Positions 48,110 through 60,367 of a stretch of DNA of 64,000 nt are shown here, piece after piece. This stretch comes from Zancudomyces culisetae HAW-14-8 (Eukaryota; Fungi; Kickxellomycota): contig JBNJNM010000012.1 of the NCBI GenBank assembly GCA_052426225.1, forward strand, positions 1-64,000, in the 5' to 3' direction. Both the position numbers and the translations under genes were made by a program. Each line of letters starts with the position of its first letter. Position 1 is the stretch's first letter. A model generated the notes under the pieces. That model saw nothing but the letters and a program-made list of their open reading frames with translations. It did no database searches and was not told the origin of the DNA.

Positions 48110-49068
48110 TCACCAGTAATGTGATCTTCCGATATGAGTGTGTTCACGGTCTGGCGCGGGGTTCTGAGAGGGCAGTTGCGGATGATGTGACCTGGTTGTC
48201 CGCAATACATGCACAGTCTGTTGGTGATCCTGCGGTTGCGTTCTTCTGGAGTCAGTGGGCCGCGTGGTTTAGAGACGACAGCGTCGATATCCATCATTTC
48301 GGGTGCTGGGAGTGGTACGGGGGGTGGTGTTGGGAATGATGTTTGGCGGGGTTCTGGTGGTGGCTGGTAGAACCTTTGCTGAGATTGGTACTGGTATGGG
48401 AACATGGGTGGCGGTGCGAACTGGCGATATTGGCGGGAGCTGCTGTATTCCCGGCTGGAATCGGCGTAACTCAGGTTCGCTTGGATGGTGTTTTCCATTT
48501 TTACCACATGGGTTATGATTTCTTCTAGAGTCCCTGGTGACTCATAATCGAGGAGGTGATGGTTGAGGCGGGGTGAGAGACCAATCCGAAAGGCGTTGAT
48601 TGCCGCGAACTCGTCGAAACCGCAGGTTTGTACCAGACTGCGGATTTCTACAGCGTATTCAAAGGCTGACCGTCTTCCTTGGCGGCACTGGTTTAGCTGA
48701 TGAAGAGCCCTTGTTGTCCTACCGGGGTCTGAGAAGCATTTTTTGAACAACGCAAGAAATTCTTTGTATTCCTTGGTTTCTATTGATCCTTTGGCTCTGA
48801 GGATGTCAAACCACTTGGAAGCTGTTCCTGATAGGTGGGAGCTGATAAACCATATTTTCACGTGATCCGTTTCAAACATATCGGGTCTCGCCCAAAATTG
48901 ATTTTCTATGGCTGAGAGGAAGTCATGGAATTTTCTTGGGTCTCCATTGAATTTGTCAATATCTGGCACCTTGATTTGGTTGTAGTTGATCATTGGTTGC
49001 TTTGTGGTATTGGCTGGCGGGCTCTTGGTACCGTTTGTTATGTTCTTGGCGCTGGTTGGCTGGCTCAT
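48085..49068 (-). CDS. gag: Gag of element 6 (intact ORF)
   Basis: KFNGD, HLSGTASKWF, CRQGRRS, MDID and CMYCGQPGHIIRNC. First ATG at 49068. Confidence 0.9.
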   Translation of the reverse strand: MSQPTSAKNITNGTKSPPANTTKQPMINYNQIKVPDIDKFNGDPRKFHDFLSAIENQFWARPDMFETDHVKIWFISSHLSGTASKWFDILRAKGSIETKEYKEFLALFKKCFSDPGRTTRALHQLNQCRQGRRSAFEYAVEIRSLVQTCGFDEFAAINAFRIGLSPRLNHHLLDYESPGTLEEIITHVVKMENTIQANLSYADSSREYSSSRQYRQFAPPPMFPYQYQSQQRFYQPPPEPRQTSFPTPPPVPLPAPEMMDIDAVVSKPRGPLTPEERNRRITNRLCMYCGQPGHIIRNCPLRTPRQTVNTLISEDHITGDLKGLTQQ

Positions 49069-49389
49069 TTTTCTGGTTGGTAAAAAAGTTTTCCATAATT
49101 TTACGGGCTGGATGATACTGGGTTTATTTAACAAGATTGAATAATTAATTTCTGTATAATTAATTTTAATTGATTATTAAGGATTCGGTGTATAGCAAAT
49201 ATTTCTATTTAAGTGACATAAAGACTCAGTTACTAATAAATGCAAAACATAATTATGCAATTAATTGGTAATGAAAATAATAATATATCTACTAAGTTGT
49301 GTAAATGATAATCAGTACAAAAAAATTTAATGAAATTCTGCAAAAATGGATCAGAGGGTAATAATTATTTATGTGTACTAATTGTCAGA

Positions 49390-50400
49390 CAACCTCGAAA
49401 AAAGCATATTTACAACCAGTCCTACTTAACGATAAGTTTTATTAAAGTCATAAACACGAATCTGGGGATAATATACTTTAACTTTCACAGAATACAGGAC
49501 GCAAAAATTTTTTGAAAACACACGTACGGGTAAATGACCTAAATGTCAACATTATCGAGACAGTCGAGTACAAGAAGAAATTATTCTTCATAATCCCTGA
49601 CTGCACGGAAATACCGAGCTATGATGTCGTCAGAAGAGCAGACTAATTATGGAACCGTCAGATAAATCATAGATGATGGGATATGTTAGGAACACAATTG
49701 ATATGCGATATACCCATACGACCTCAAAATTGTTTTCGCAAGGAAAGACAAACAAGTCTAACTCCCTAGCTGTCTAGATTTTGAAGGAACCAAGGTTGCA
49801 ATGATGTCGAAATACTGCGACCCACATTTCACCTGGTGTGATGGACAAGGACATTGAAAATCTTCGTGCGAAATTTACAAATTGCATCGAGAAAATAACC
49901 AAATTAAACAAATATAACTACAACAAAAATCAAAAAAAAACAAAAAAACGAAAATAACTCAAAGAAACAACCCCGAGAAATACTTCGAGGAAGAAAAAGA
50001 AGCAAACACCTATGCAGGGGAGATGAACAGGGAAATTAAAAACAGGATGGATGTAGACAACGAGGGAAACATCAACCAAAACAAACACTCAAATGAGGAA
50101 ATGGAAACGAATAGACTAACACAGGTCGAAGAGCATCCTCACAATTGCGGACCTGACAAATATTCAATTAACATAAACACAGAAAATAAGAACTCCAATG
50201 CAGACTCTAAAATGGGTAACATTACAAATCCCACCAGCCCAAATGCCGATAATTACCAACCAGGAATGGAATCAGAGCCAACCCAGAACGACAAAGAGAA
50301 AGTCAACAACATATTTCAAAGCAACACCAATTCGTTTTATACAATAGGGGTCCCAACAATAGATATTCAAGGTAATTTACCCTGTATGTACTTAATATAT
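49390..50400 (+). pseudogene. Relic of a non-LTR retrotransposon ORF1 (gag-like)
   Basis: FTWCDGQGH*KSSC at 49828-49869 is two substitutions from a CX2CX4HX4C knuckle. It is followed by a basic/acidic disordered tail (ORF 50023-50406). Confidence 0.55.
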
Positions 50401-51288
50401 TTATAATTAAATGATTATATATATTTTTAATACAAAAAAATATTTTATGACCTAAATAAAGCGACGGAACTATCCTATTAAATAATATTCAATATAATAT
50501 AAAAATTTATCTATATAATATTTTAACTTATACATTAATTATATCATTATATATCACTAATTTTGAATGAATATAGCAAGTAAAAACATATGTTTAATAA
50601 TTTAAATATATAATTATGATTTAAATATTATTATAATAAATATTATAATCTTAATTATATAATATAATTTTAAAGCTATTTTATTATCGTGTTTAATTCC
50701 TTATATTATATGATAATTTATTTGAAAAAAAAAATTTTTGTTTTGTAAACATATGAGGAAACTAACACTTTTGGACTTTTGGATTCATACAAATAATCTA
50801 TTTAAATTCTTATTACTTGATTTAATTAGATAATAATTTAGATCTTGATTTAAATGTTTACGGTATTGTACTAAAGAAAAATATAAATCAGACGATTTCC
50901 ACTGCATTATTAGTAGGAAGTATCTACCATTAGAATTATACATTTTGATTAAATGAAGGCACTTAACCTTGAAAATCAAGAAATTAACGATATCTATATA
51001 TCTGGTACGATTTCGACCCTATATATTTAAAATATTTTACATCGTCACAGTTATGTTCATCATATTGAGTTTGATTTATAATTTTATGTTATTATCGAAA
51101 TCTAATGTTAATAAATTACTTATGTATTTATTAATCTTTTTAACTAATATAGAATTAGATTATTTTTATATTATGAGAGCAATTTAATTGATAGTAGATT
51201 ATGTATAGCGAAATTTTACCGAAATTGAAAGTTCTGATAAGGATTTAAATTAGAGTATTGTAAATCCTAAAATAATTTAATTTGTGTA

Positions 51289-52455
51289 GTTCATGAACCA
51301 GTAATGTCAATATTGCATGTAATTTACATGTTTAAATAATAGCAAATATCATATTATATACAGTATCTCATTTTAATTCTTTTACCTAAATAACAATATG
51401 ACGTAAGAATTACATTAAATAATACGGGGTAATACACAATTCTAATAATGTTTACTTTGGAGATATAATTTTATATCATAAAGTATGATTACAAGTTATA
51501 GTGTATATTAATTTTTAAAAATATTATGTTGATTATATAATTATTTAAATCTTGTATATGATAAATTGCGTAGATAACTTTAGAATATGATGATATTCAT
51601 CTAATGTAAAATTTTATAATAATCATAGCCAATATAACCAAAAGTCTTATTGTCAAGTCGTGACTTGCTGTATTTGAAAAAATCTCTTATAAATTGTCAG
51701 GACTTGACACTAATTACTATATGTATTAACTATGACTTTAATATATTTAATTAAAATACTATGAGCTAAAAAGAATTTTATATCTAAAGTTTTCTAAAGC
51801 AATAAAGTCCTTGTCATTATATAGTTTTTGTCATGATCCAATCATGACATTTTGGGGAAACCCAAAATTATATTCGTTGTTTGGGCAAAACAAAAATGAA
51901 ATTAATTTTGGGAAAAAGGAAATTATCCACATTATGGGTAAACCGAAATTGGTTTATATTTCATTATACAATTCCCCAACCCCCAACTCCATATTAAATC
52001 ATTTAATATCGAGTTGTCCTATTTTGTTTCATGATTATTATTATCCTCATTAATTATTAACGAATTTGATTGTGAGTTTTAAAACTATACAACTTAGTGA
52101 TTTTATTGATAAAGTTCTTTTGCAATAAAATATCAATTACTTTAACTATAGTTTTCAAACAAAAATTTATTAATTTATCACTCAGTTGTCAAGTCCATAC
52201 TGATATAAATGATTCAAAATTACTTGTCTATCATTAAATTAATTATTATAACTATAACTAAATATCTATATAAAATTAAAAGTCAACTCCAAGTAGATTA
52301 TTGAATATTAAGTTTTTTCCCATTATTAATAATTAATTCTATTCAGTATTGTTAATTAAAGAGTAAGAATTTTGCGGCGAATATGTTATATAACAAATAA
52401 TTGCTTATATAAATTGTTAATTAAAATAGCTATAACGTCATGTATATATCATACA
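51289..52455. repeat. Cluster of three family-B LTRs: ~51289-51665 (+), and 51695-52455 (-) interrupted by 51829-~52200 (+)
   Basis: Repeated TGTCA(G/C)GACTTGACA and TGTCATGA..TCATGACA termini, with internal similarity to 2265-2652 and 43381-43741. Confidence 0.72.
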
Positions 52456-53317
52456 ATTTGTTAGAGCTTTGTTGTATTTCTTTAAAATTATTAAATCATA
52501 TTCATTAAATTTCGTTGTGACATTTTGTAATTCTGCTATCTTCTAGTGAATAGTAGAGTTTAGTTGAAATAAATACTAAATTTTCAAAAATATAGGTATA
52601 ACAGAGAAAAAGACACCTGAAATAAAAAAGTTTTCCGGAGTGGCGGAACAATTTGATATATTCATGTATAATCCCGCAGACAGTTTAAGGAAAAATCCGT
52701 TGCTTTTACTACTTACAATAACAATTTATCCATTACACAAGAAATTTTTGAAAATTGTATAATTTTCAAAATAAAGTGTAAAATGATAACATTCTCTGAA
52801 CTAAATATTAAATATTATAGTAAACTCGCTTAATATATAAGCGAGATTGCTGTAAAATCGTCAGGGAGAAGACAAATCAGCTGGTAAGAATGTGGGGTTA
52901 TAGGCGGCCAATGTGCGCAAGCGCTAGCGAGCACCAAGTGTCCCACCTCTTCTAAATTGCCTTTAGGAAGCCGGTACTGATTCGCGAATTACCGAATGGT
53001 ATGACTCTCAACGTTAGTTTCGATTAAAAATTCAAAGTCGAATTTCCTAATATTCTATAGTTAATTATTTATATAATAACAATATATTAAAAAAAATTAT
53101 TATAATATAATAATTATTTTTTTTGTAAAACCTAAATTGACATGTAGTATAAAAGTAAACTGTTAATACTTCTTTGGAATGGGATAATGAAACATCCAAT
53201 TATGTTACATCTTACAACCCATAATTATATTATACTTTTCTAATTGTATATAATAATTTGATTATGATATGTTGGATTCCAGAAAATTACATTGTGTTAA
53301 ACCAATATATCTATATC

Positions 53318-53747
53318 TGTTACATATATATGAATTGAAGATAAAAGTATTTTTCTAGTATTGTATATTAATATTGTAGAAATTAATAATATGTATATTT
53401 TCATTAATATTTATATTATTAGTTTTTCATAATATTGTTAACAAGATTTAATAATGCAACTTCGTACAAAAAGTATAAATAATAAATGATATATTCATTA
53501 TTGATTAATATGATATTAAGACTTAAAGTATGAAATGAATTATAATTTACTTAATTTTATAAAAGGTAATACAATGACTTTTCATGAACAATTAAGTTTG
53601 TAAATCATGTTTTAAATAAAAAAAAAATGATATATAAGTAATATAGATATATGATTTTTGTAACTAGTAAAATTAATAATAACTTTAAAAAATATGCTGT
53701 AATAAATTAATTATAATAAATATCAATGTATAATATTGGTTATTACA
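53318..53747 (+). repeat. Diverged family-D-like solo LTR
   Basis: TATAAAAGGTAATAC..TTTTCATGAACAATTAAGTTTGT and TATAATATTGGTTATTACA match 22707-23189. Confidence 0.65.
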
Positions 53748-54478
53748 CTAGATATCATTAGAATGTGTATAATTATCAACCATAATATAATAAGAATCAT
53801 TATTATAAACAATTAAGTTGTTTTCATAACTAACTATATACATAAAATTTATTAGTCAACTGATGTGAAGTTTTGTGATATTTATTCAATACAGTTACAA
53901 ATAATCTTGATAATAATTTAATAATAAGGTTGAATGTTTGATACCATAATTACAAATTATTATTGTATAATATACTATAATAATTAATTAATTATAAATC
54001 TAATTATATATTTTTATTTATATCATTTATATTTACAATAAAAATATTATGAAAAATTTTTTCTTAAAATTTAAAAATTTTCCATTTTATATAAATCATT
54101 TGTTTCATAATCAACCAAATATTTTTGTTTAAATATTCTTAAATATTTAATATAAATTATACTCTAAATATGAAACTATAATCGGATAATTTGTAAATCT
54201 AAAATTTACATTTTGATTTTCCATTAAGTCATATATTAATGATTAAATCTATATATAATGGATTAAAGATATAATAGACTATATTCTATTATGTAAATAA
54301 TTATATATTATTCACAAGACATATGCTATGCCATTACATTAATATATTATAAATTATTTGTTTCACGAATTATAAATATGTTAATTATATATTATTATAT
54401 ATCGATATATGTATTAATAAACGAATGTATAAATATTAGATGTTATTCTTTAAAATTCCTGGTATACATTAAAAATAC

Positions 54479-56803
54479 TCATATTATATCAAAAAGCATT
54501 GGTGAGGCTGGGCATCCTTGGCGAACACCTCTTTCGAAGTTCATCGCCTCCGATAATGTATTTCCTACCCTTACTTTTATTTTAACGTTAGCGTATAATT
54601 CTTTAATTACTGTTAGCAATTTTCCATTAATTTTATTCATTTTTAATTTGTCAAATAATAAATTATGCTGTACTTTGTCGTAGGCTTTTTCAAAATCAAT
54701 AAAACAGATTATGGTTTTTGTATTATTGATTTTTCGCCTTTTTATGAGTTCGTATAACGCTGTGGCCTGTGCTACGCATTCCTCCAGAGTCCTGAATCCT
54801 GCTTGTTCTTTTGCCAGTAGGGTATACCTATTATCTATAAGTCTAAGTTTGTTAGCAACTATTTTAGCAATGAGCTTAGTAATTGTTGGGATTAGCGAAA
54901 TCCCCCTATAATTGTTCGGATCTTTTGTATTCCCGTTTTTGAAAATTGGTACAATAACACTGGTGTTATTTTCACAGTTCAATTTTGGATTAGTCCAGAA
55001 CCTTTTTATTACTGTCAATGTAAGTAAAGCTAACTCAGAGTCTGGATCCTCGTCGCTCTGGATTATTTTCCAGATTTCGCTTGGGATTCCGTCCTCTCCT
55101 GCTGCTTTATTTTTTGGTGTTTCTTTGAGTGCTTCTTTTATTTCTGTCCATGTTGGTTCTTCGTCGCATTCTTTAAAATAGTCCATTTCCTCCTCTCTTT
55201 CTTCTGACATTGTGTTTGCGTTGCTATTGTCATTTTTCGACAATTTATAAAAATGTTTTATCCAAACTTTGAGTTTCTCTGCCTCCTCTGTTATCTCCCT
55301 TCCTGATTCATCCAAAACCCCTCCATTATTGAAGACAGATTTTTTATTTAGAGCCCTCATTTTTAACCATCTCCACATCGTCTTGGCATCATTACCTTTG
55401 ATGTGTTCACATAGTTTCACTAGCTCCTTTTTTTTGTGTAATTTTTGGTCGCTTTTTATTAATTTTGTAGTTTTGGACTTCATCTGGACGTAGTCATTAT
55501 AAAACAGCTCTTTCTCGTGTTCATCACAAGTTCTGAGCATTTTTTTGAACAATTTGCAACGAAGTTTGATCATTTTTCGCGTTTTTTTACTTAAAAAATG
55601 TTGATTTTTTTTGGCTTCGGAATTTTTTTCGGCCAATTTCTCATTATTTTTTGGGTTTGGATTATTTTTTTCAGATATCTTATCCATCAGTTTTTTAGTC
55701 TCATTAACGGTTTCACTGATTAGTTCGTCAGTTTCGTTAAGAGATGTCAAAATTGAAAATTTGTTGTGATTTCTAAATAAATCTGATTTTTGGTCCAATA
55801 ATTTCCGGTTGACGATTTATTTTTGCTGCTCTGGTTTAATTTCCTTAATGGTGAAGTTGGCTGTAATAGCCAGATGATCACTGAGGTCAATTTTTTTGTG
55901 TAGTTTTAACATTACGAATTGTCCAACTGTGGGGGTATAAAAGATGTGGTCGATGGTGTTCTTCAGTCGCTTTTTTATTATCCTTGTCCAGCTTCGTTTC
56001 CTTGTCGGGGCTCTCCTGACTATACACCTGAGTTTTTTCAACCATGGTGTGACGATGCTCGTCCTCATGTTGAAGTCTCCGCATAGTATTATTTTTATTT
56101 CTCTGTTTTTACCGTATTCCTTGTTGATGAAGTCCTCTACCTCCTTCTTCATCATAGTTCTTTCTTTTTGTTTGTGTGGCGTGTGTACATTTACTACCAT
56201 CACTTCCAGTCTTTTATGCTCCTTTTCTGTATATCCATGTATTTTTGCGGCCATCCAGGTATTATTATTTTTATACTCCTCTATGTGCCAGCCAATATTT
56301 TTTTTTACCCCTACTAGAAGACCAGAACCCGTCTTTAGTGTCGGCCTTTTTGACTCTACACATGTGTAGCCATTTATGTTCATCCTCCCAGACTTCTCCT
56401 GCAGGTGGGTCTCCTGCAAGCATAGTATGGTTGGGTTGATCTTTGTTAGAAAATAATCTAATTCATGTTTTTTATTTTTTATTGAGCATACGTTGTATGT
56501 CATTATTTTTAGGTTAATTTTTTCATTTTTTTTTTCAATTTTTTTTTGGTATAAATTTTTTGTTTTTTTGTTTTTTAAATTTTTCTCTCTTTCATTTTTA
56601 TTTACTTCAACTTTTAGTATACACTTTAATTTTTTTTCCAACTTCAATTTTTTTAGGGCGGACAATCGAATCAAGGACATATCGATTTTTTGGATTTCGA
56701 AGCGGTAAGATTTATTTTTCTGTTTAATTTTTTTGACGTGTAAATTTTTTTTTTCGATTTTTGTGATGAACGAAAAAAAATATTTTACAGTTTTCTGAGA
56801 CAA
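54479..56803 (-). mobile_element. APE-type LINE ORF2 (endonuclease plus RT), one in-frame stop, truncated within RT
   Basis: TYNV, LQETHL, GDFN, IDHIF and SDH (APE); KAAGEDGIP, YRGISL, QAGFR, DFEKAYD and GVRQGCPASP (RT). The two ORFs share a frame across TAA at 55817. It ends before YADD. Confidence 0.93.
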
Positions 56804-57269
56804 TTCTGGTACGTTTAGTACCAGCAGTTTGTCAGTTTTAATGTTTGTTACTGAATTTATTATTGGTATTGTTATTGTTGTTATAGGGTGATATTGTTTG
56901 ATAACTAACTATATTATTGTTATAGGCATTCAATGTCGATATTATTTAATAATCAGACTGTGTTATGGTTATATATTATATTCAACTTGAGCCTCCACAT
57001 GACAATAATTATATATATATCAATAATACCATAACATGTAACAACATCCATACTATAATTTATTATCAAATAATGTTTAGTTATGTTTTGAATCGCGTTT
57101 TTTTTTTACATTATCGACTCATTGAAAAGTATTTAGTAAACGATTTTCATGATTCAACGTTTAGTTTAACAATGAGTTTAGTCTCGTACATTAATTTTAA
57201 TCCAGTTTAGTAATAAAAAATATATATCTTAGTTCAGATCTGGGCACAAATTTAAAAATATAGCAGAAT

Positions 57270-57430
57270 AAATTATAGCCAAACAACAGAGGTATAAAAT
57301 ACTTATTGCCGTCTTACAAATCAGATGACCACAGAGCGCCGGACATAGTAGCAATAAATGAAACCTTTCAGAGTAACAAAACTTATAGGTGCAAACAACT
57401 GGGGTACACGACCATTTAGTCTACTCAATG
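57270..57430 (+). pseudogene. Short relic of another LINE APE endonuclease
   Basis: PDIVAINETFQSNKTYRCKQLGYTTI* parallels PTILCLQETHL..INGYTCVE of the neighbouring LINE. Confidence 0.5.
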
Positions 57431-58329
57431 TTAGGATGATAAGGCAATATATACCATATAGATTTTTTATTAAAGTTTATAACTGATAGTAGTCATATAT
57501 ACATCATCTATAATCTGAATATTTTAAATTTTTAACCTTGGAATTATAAGTATACATATTTAACCATCGTTTAGTTAGTAGTCACTTTATATATAATATA
57601 GATTTTGGTAAATTATATATCTATAATATCAAAATACTACACGATTTAATGATTTAGTTATGAAATGTAATATATTAGTAAATCAATATAAAACAATTTT
57701 TTAGATTTATAAATTAGTGATATCAAATTAATATTAAAAATCAAAAATAGAAACGTATACATTATATATATTATTCTAACCTCAATCAGCAGTTGCTTAT
57801 TTCTATGTAGATGTATATTTCTAATATCTTTCTTAATTTTTGACTAATAGTACATTAGATAAACAATTAATTAATATTTTATTTTTAATAATGTCTAATT
57901 TAGATGTCACTTTTACATCTACCTAATATCTGTGGATTCGGATTAATAAGATATATAGATATAAGCTCGATTAAAGTAAGTAGGTGGAATAACAAGATTA
58001 TATAGAACCATCATTCTCTTTTATTCAAATTTACAAACTAATATTAAATATTTATTTTATTAAAAAAGTTAGAACATATCGCCCAAAATCACTTTTTTCA
58101 ATATTTATATTTTCAAAATGATCTACTAAATGTTTTGGTTGAGATAAAAATTTAAAGCATACATTGTTTACGTACATTGTACCTACATACGATAATCAAA
58201 CTAATACAAATGTATTTAAATAATGTATTAATCAATAGATTTTTAGTAAACCAATCTCACTAAAAATTAAATTAGAGATCAATACACATCAGTATAATTG
58301 TAGCAATGTAGTTAATATTAGCATTTTAT

Positions 58330-58640
58330 CCAATGATATATTTATCAACCTCTTATTAGAAAGGTTATTCAAATCATATGTTTAATCATAATCTAACACT
58401 AAATTACATTCCAAATGTATGGCTTGCATTGTTAGGTTATGATAGAATTTTGGCAATTTCAATCTAAACAAACAATAGTTTTATTATAGGTGGAAATGCT
58501 AATTGTAGCTACTACGTGTTGAGCTGGAACATATATAGCACCAGACTCTTATATATAAAACAACTAGGCAACTAAATGACAAAGTTTGTCGTTCTGCCTA
58601 GGAACTAAAAATAATTATATTTTGGTATCCATTATAGATT
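58330..58640 (+). pseudogene. Possible highly eroded protein kinase relic
   Basis: NHNLTLNYI, MIEF(G), GTYIAPD and FCLG occur in the order and spacing of kinase subdomains VIb-IX, across frameshifts. Confidence 0.35.
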
Positions 58641-59226
58641 CCAAACATTGAATCACATCTATATTAAACCATCAAATACAATGTAATTCGACAGTTAAAA
58701 GTATGGATTCAATCTGTGAAAAGACAATATACATTGAATCTGCAAAACCATATAGACAAGTTTTTTCAACCCTCTATAAAAATCATACAGAATCAAATGT
58801 ATATCATCAAGGTTGTTGGCACTAGTCTCTCGACTTGATTATATCAAGCTGATACGACATTAAAAGATATTTATATGTTATAGCTTTTTATCACTATAGT
58901 GTGTATTGAATTATGTTTGGTTATTTTTTGATTATTTATTATTAGAGTATAGTTTATATTTTTATAGAAAAGGATTGATCGATTTTTTAATTTTATAGAT
59001 TTAATCAAAAAAAAAATTTTTTTATATACAATACAATTTTCAATTTTTTCAATTTTCAAATTCAATAATAATTGAAAATTCTATGAATTTTTTCATGGAT
59101 CAATTGAGGAAAAAAAAATTTTTTTTTACACCACAGAAATCCAAACTACAATATTTTTTTAGTACTAGCTCAAAAGTTATGAATAGCTTTTTCATTTAAA
59201 AAAACAAATATAGACAAAATTCAAAA

Positions 59227-60174
59227 ATGGATGTTCAGGATATACTAAAGACGAACGCTGCCAAATTCAAAAGCACAAAGGTGGTGGGGAAGGTGGTTCC
59301 AGTACAATTCCAGCTGGATTTGATGGCAGCATACGATAGAAATATGATCGATGCGGAGAAATTCAATGCGGCAAAGGAGAAATCAACACCGGAGGCTGAG
59401 GAGATGCAGGAGGAGTATTTGAAGGAAATCAGTAGGGATGTCACGCAGTTGCTTGTAAACAAGCTGTTTGATCTCCCAATCAAAAAGGGTGATAATGAAG
59501 ATGGTGGAGTCGCCGAGGGACCTATGGCAGTGCTTCCAAAGCCACTTCTTCGGTTGAACAAGAAGAGCAAATCAATGTCAGCTTTGGAATTTGGGTCAAG
59601 CTCCCTGGACGATTTGGTGGTTCTGCCACGTGAAAAGCCGGTTCCAAAGGTCAAACCGCTGACCCGATGGGAGAAATTTGCGAAACTCAAGGGAATCCAA
59701 AAGAAAAAACGAACCAAGCTTGTATATGATGAAGATACCGACAAAATGGTTCCATCATGGGGATATAAGGGTGTCAACAAAAAATTGGAGGAACAATGGC
59801 TTATTCCAGTTCCTGATCACCAGAGCAACGATTTCGATGTTCGTAAACACTTGACTGATAACCGCAAGGAACGAGTTAGCAAAAACCAACGACGTGAAAA
59901 ACGCAATCTGGAAGAGCGGGCTGCTACTGAGGATGGATCAAAGAGCAAGATTGTCAAGTTGAGCAATCATACCCAACGCAAATCTCAGATCCAAAAGGTG
60001 TTGACCCTAACAAAAAATTCGTCAACGGCTAGTATGGGCAAGTTTGATAAGGTACACGAAGGAGAACCTAAAACGGTTAGAAGACAAAAACAGCAATTTA
60101 GACCAGTTGTTACAAAGAATATTAAGGACGAAATTCAACGCAACAAGGAGATTCTTGCCAAAATCAAAAAATAG
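59227..60174 (+). CDS. RRS1: Ribosome biogenesis regulatory protein Rrs1
   Basis: RDVTQLLVNKLF, LPREKPVP, TRWEKFAKLKGI, WGYKG and STASMGKFD. Intact 315 aa. Confidence 0.95.
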   Translation: MDVQDILKTNAAKFKSTKVVGKVVPVQFQLDLMAAYDRNMIDAEKFNAAKEKSTPEAEEMQEEYLKEISRDVTQLLVNKLFDLPIKKGDNEDGGVAEGPMAVLPKPLLRLNKKSKSMSALEFGSSSLDDLVVLPREKPVPKVKPLTRWEKFAKLKGIQKKKRTKLVYDEDTDKMVPSWGYKGVNKKLEEQWLIPVPDHQSNDFDVRKHLTDNRKERVSKNQRREKRNLEERAATEDGSKSKIVKLSNHTQRKSQIQKVLTLTKNSSTASMGKFDKVHEGEPKTVRRQKQQFRPVVTKNIKDEIQRNKEILAKIKK

Positions 60175-60367
60175 TTTTTTGCAACTTTATGATTCCTTTC
60201 ATATTTGTATAAATTTTTGAGTCTGTTTATAGCTTTCTTATTTATGATAAAAGTATATATATTATATTGTGTTTTCTTTTACACCAAGTTTGATAGAAAT
60301 AAAAACAACGAAAACTACAAGATTTTTCTGTATACAATATAAAGATCAAATTTCACTAGAACAGGGC

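Larger units (their letters stand above)
44063..49140 (-). mobile_element. GC-rich Ty3/gypsy chromovirus (element 6) with an internal deletion; 5' LTR not found
   Basis: Intact gag, -1 frameshift signal, protease LIDSGAS, RT YLDD, RNase H, partial integrase, chromodomain (YLIDWDGYGPEDRTWE), PPT and 3' LTR. Confidence 0.95.

Noticed and set aside
59235-59780. Antisense and overlapping ORFs (this one and those opposite the TFs, Tc1, gag and LINE)
   Set aside because: They are shadow frames of real coding sequence with no independent motifs.
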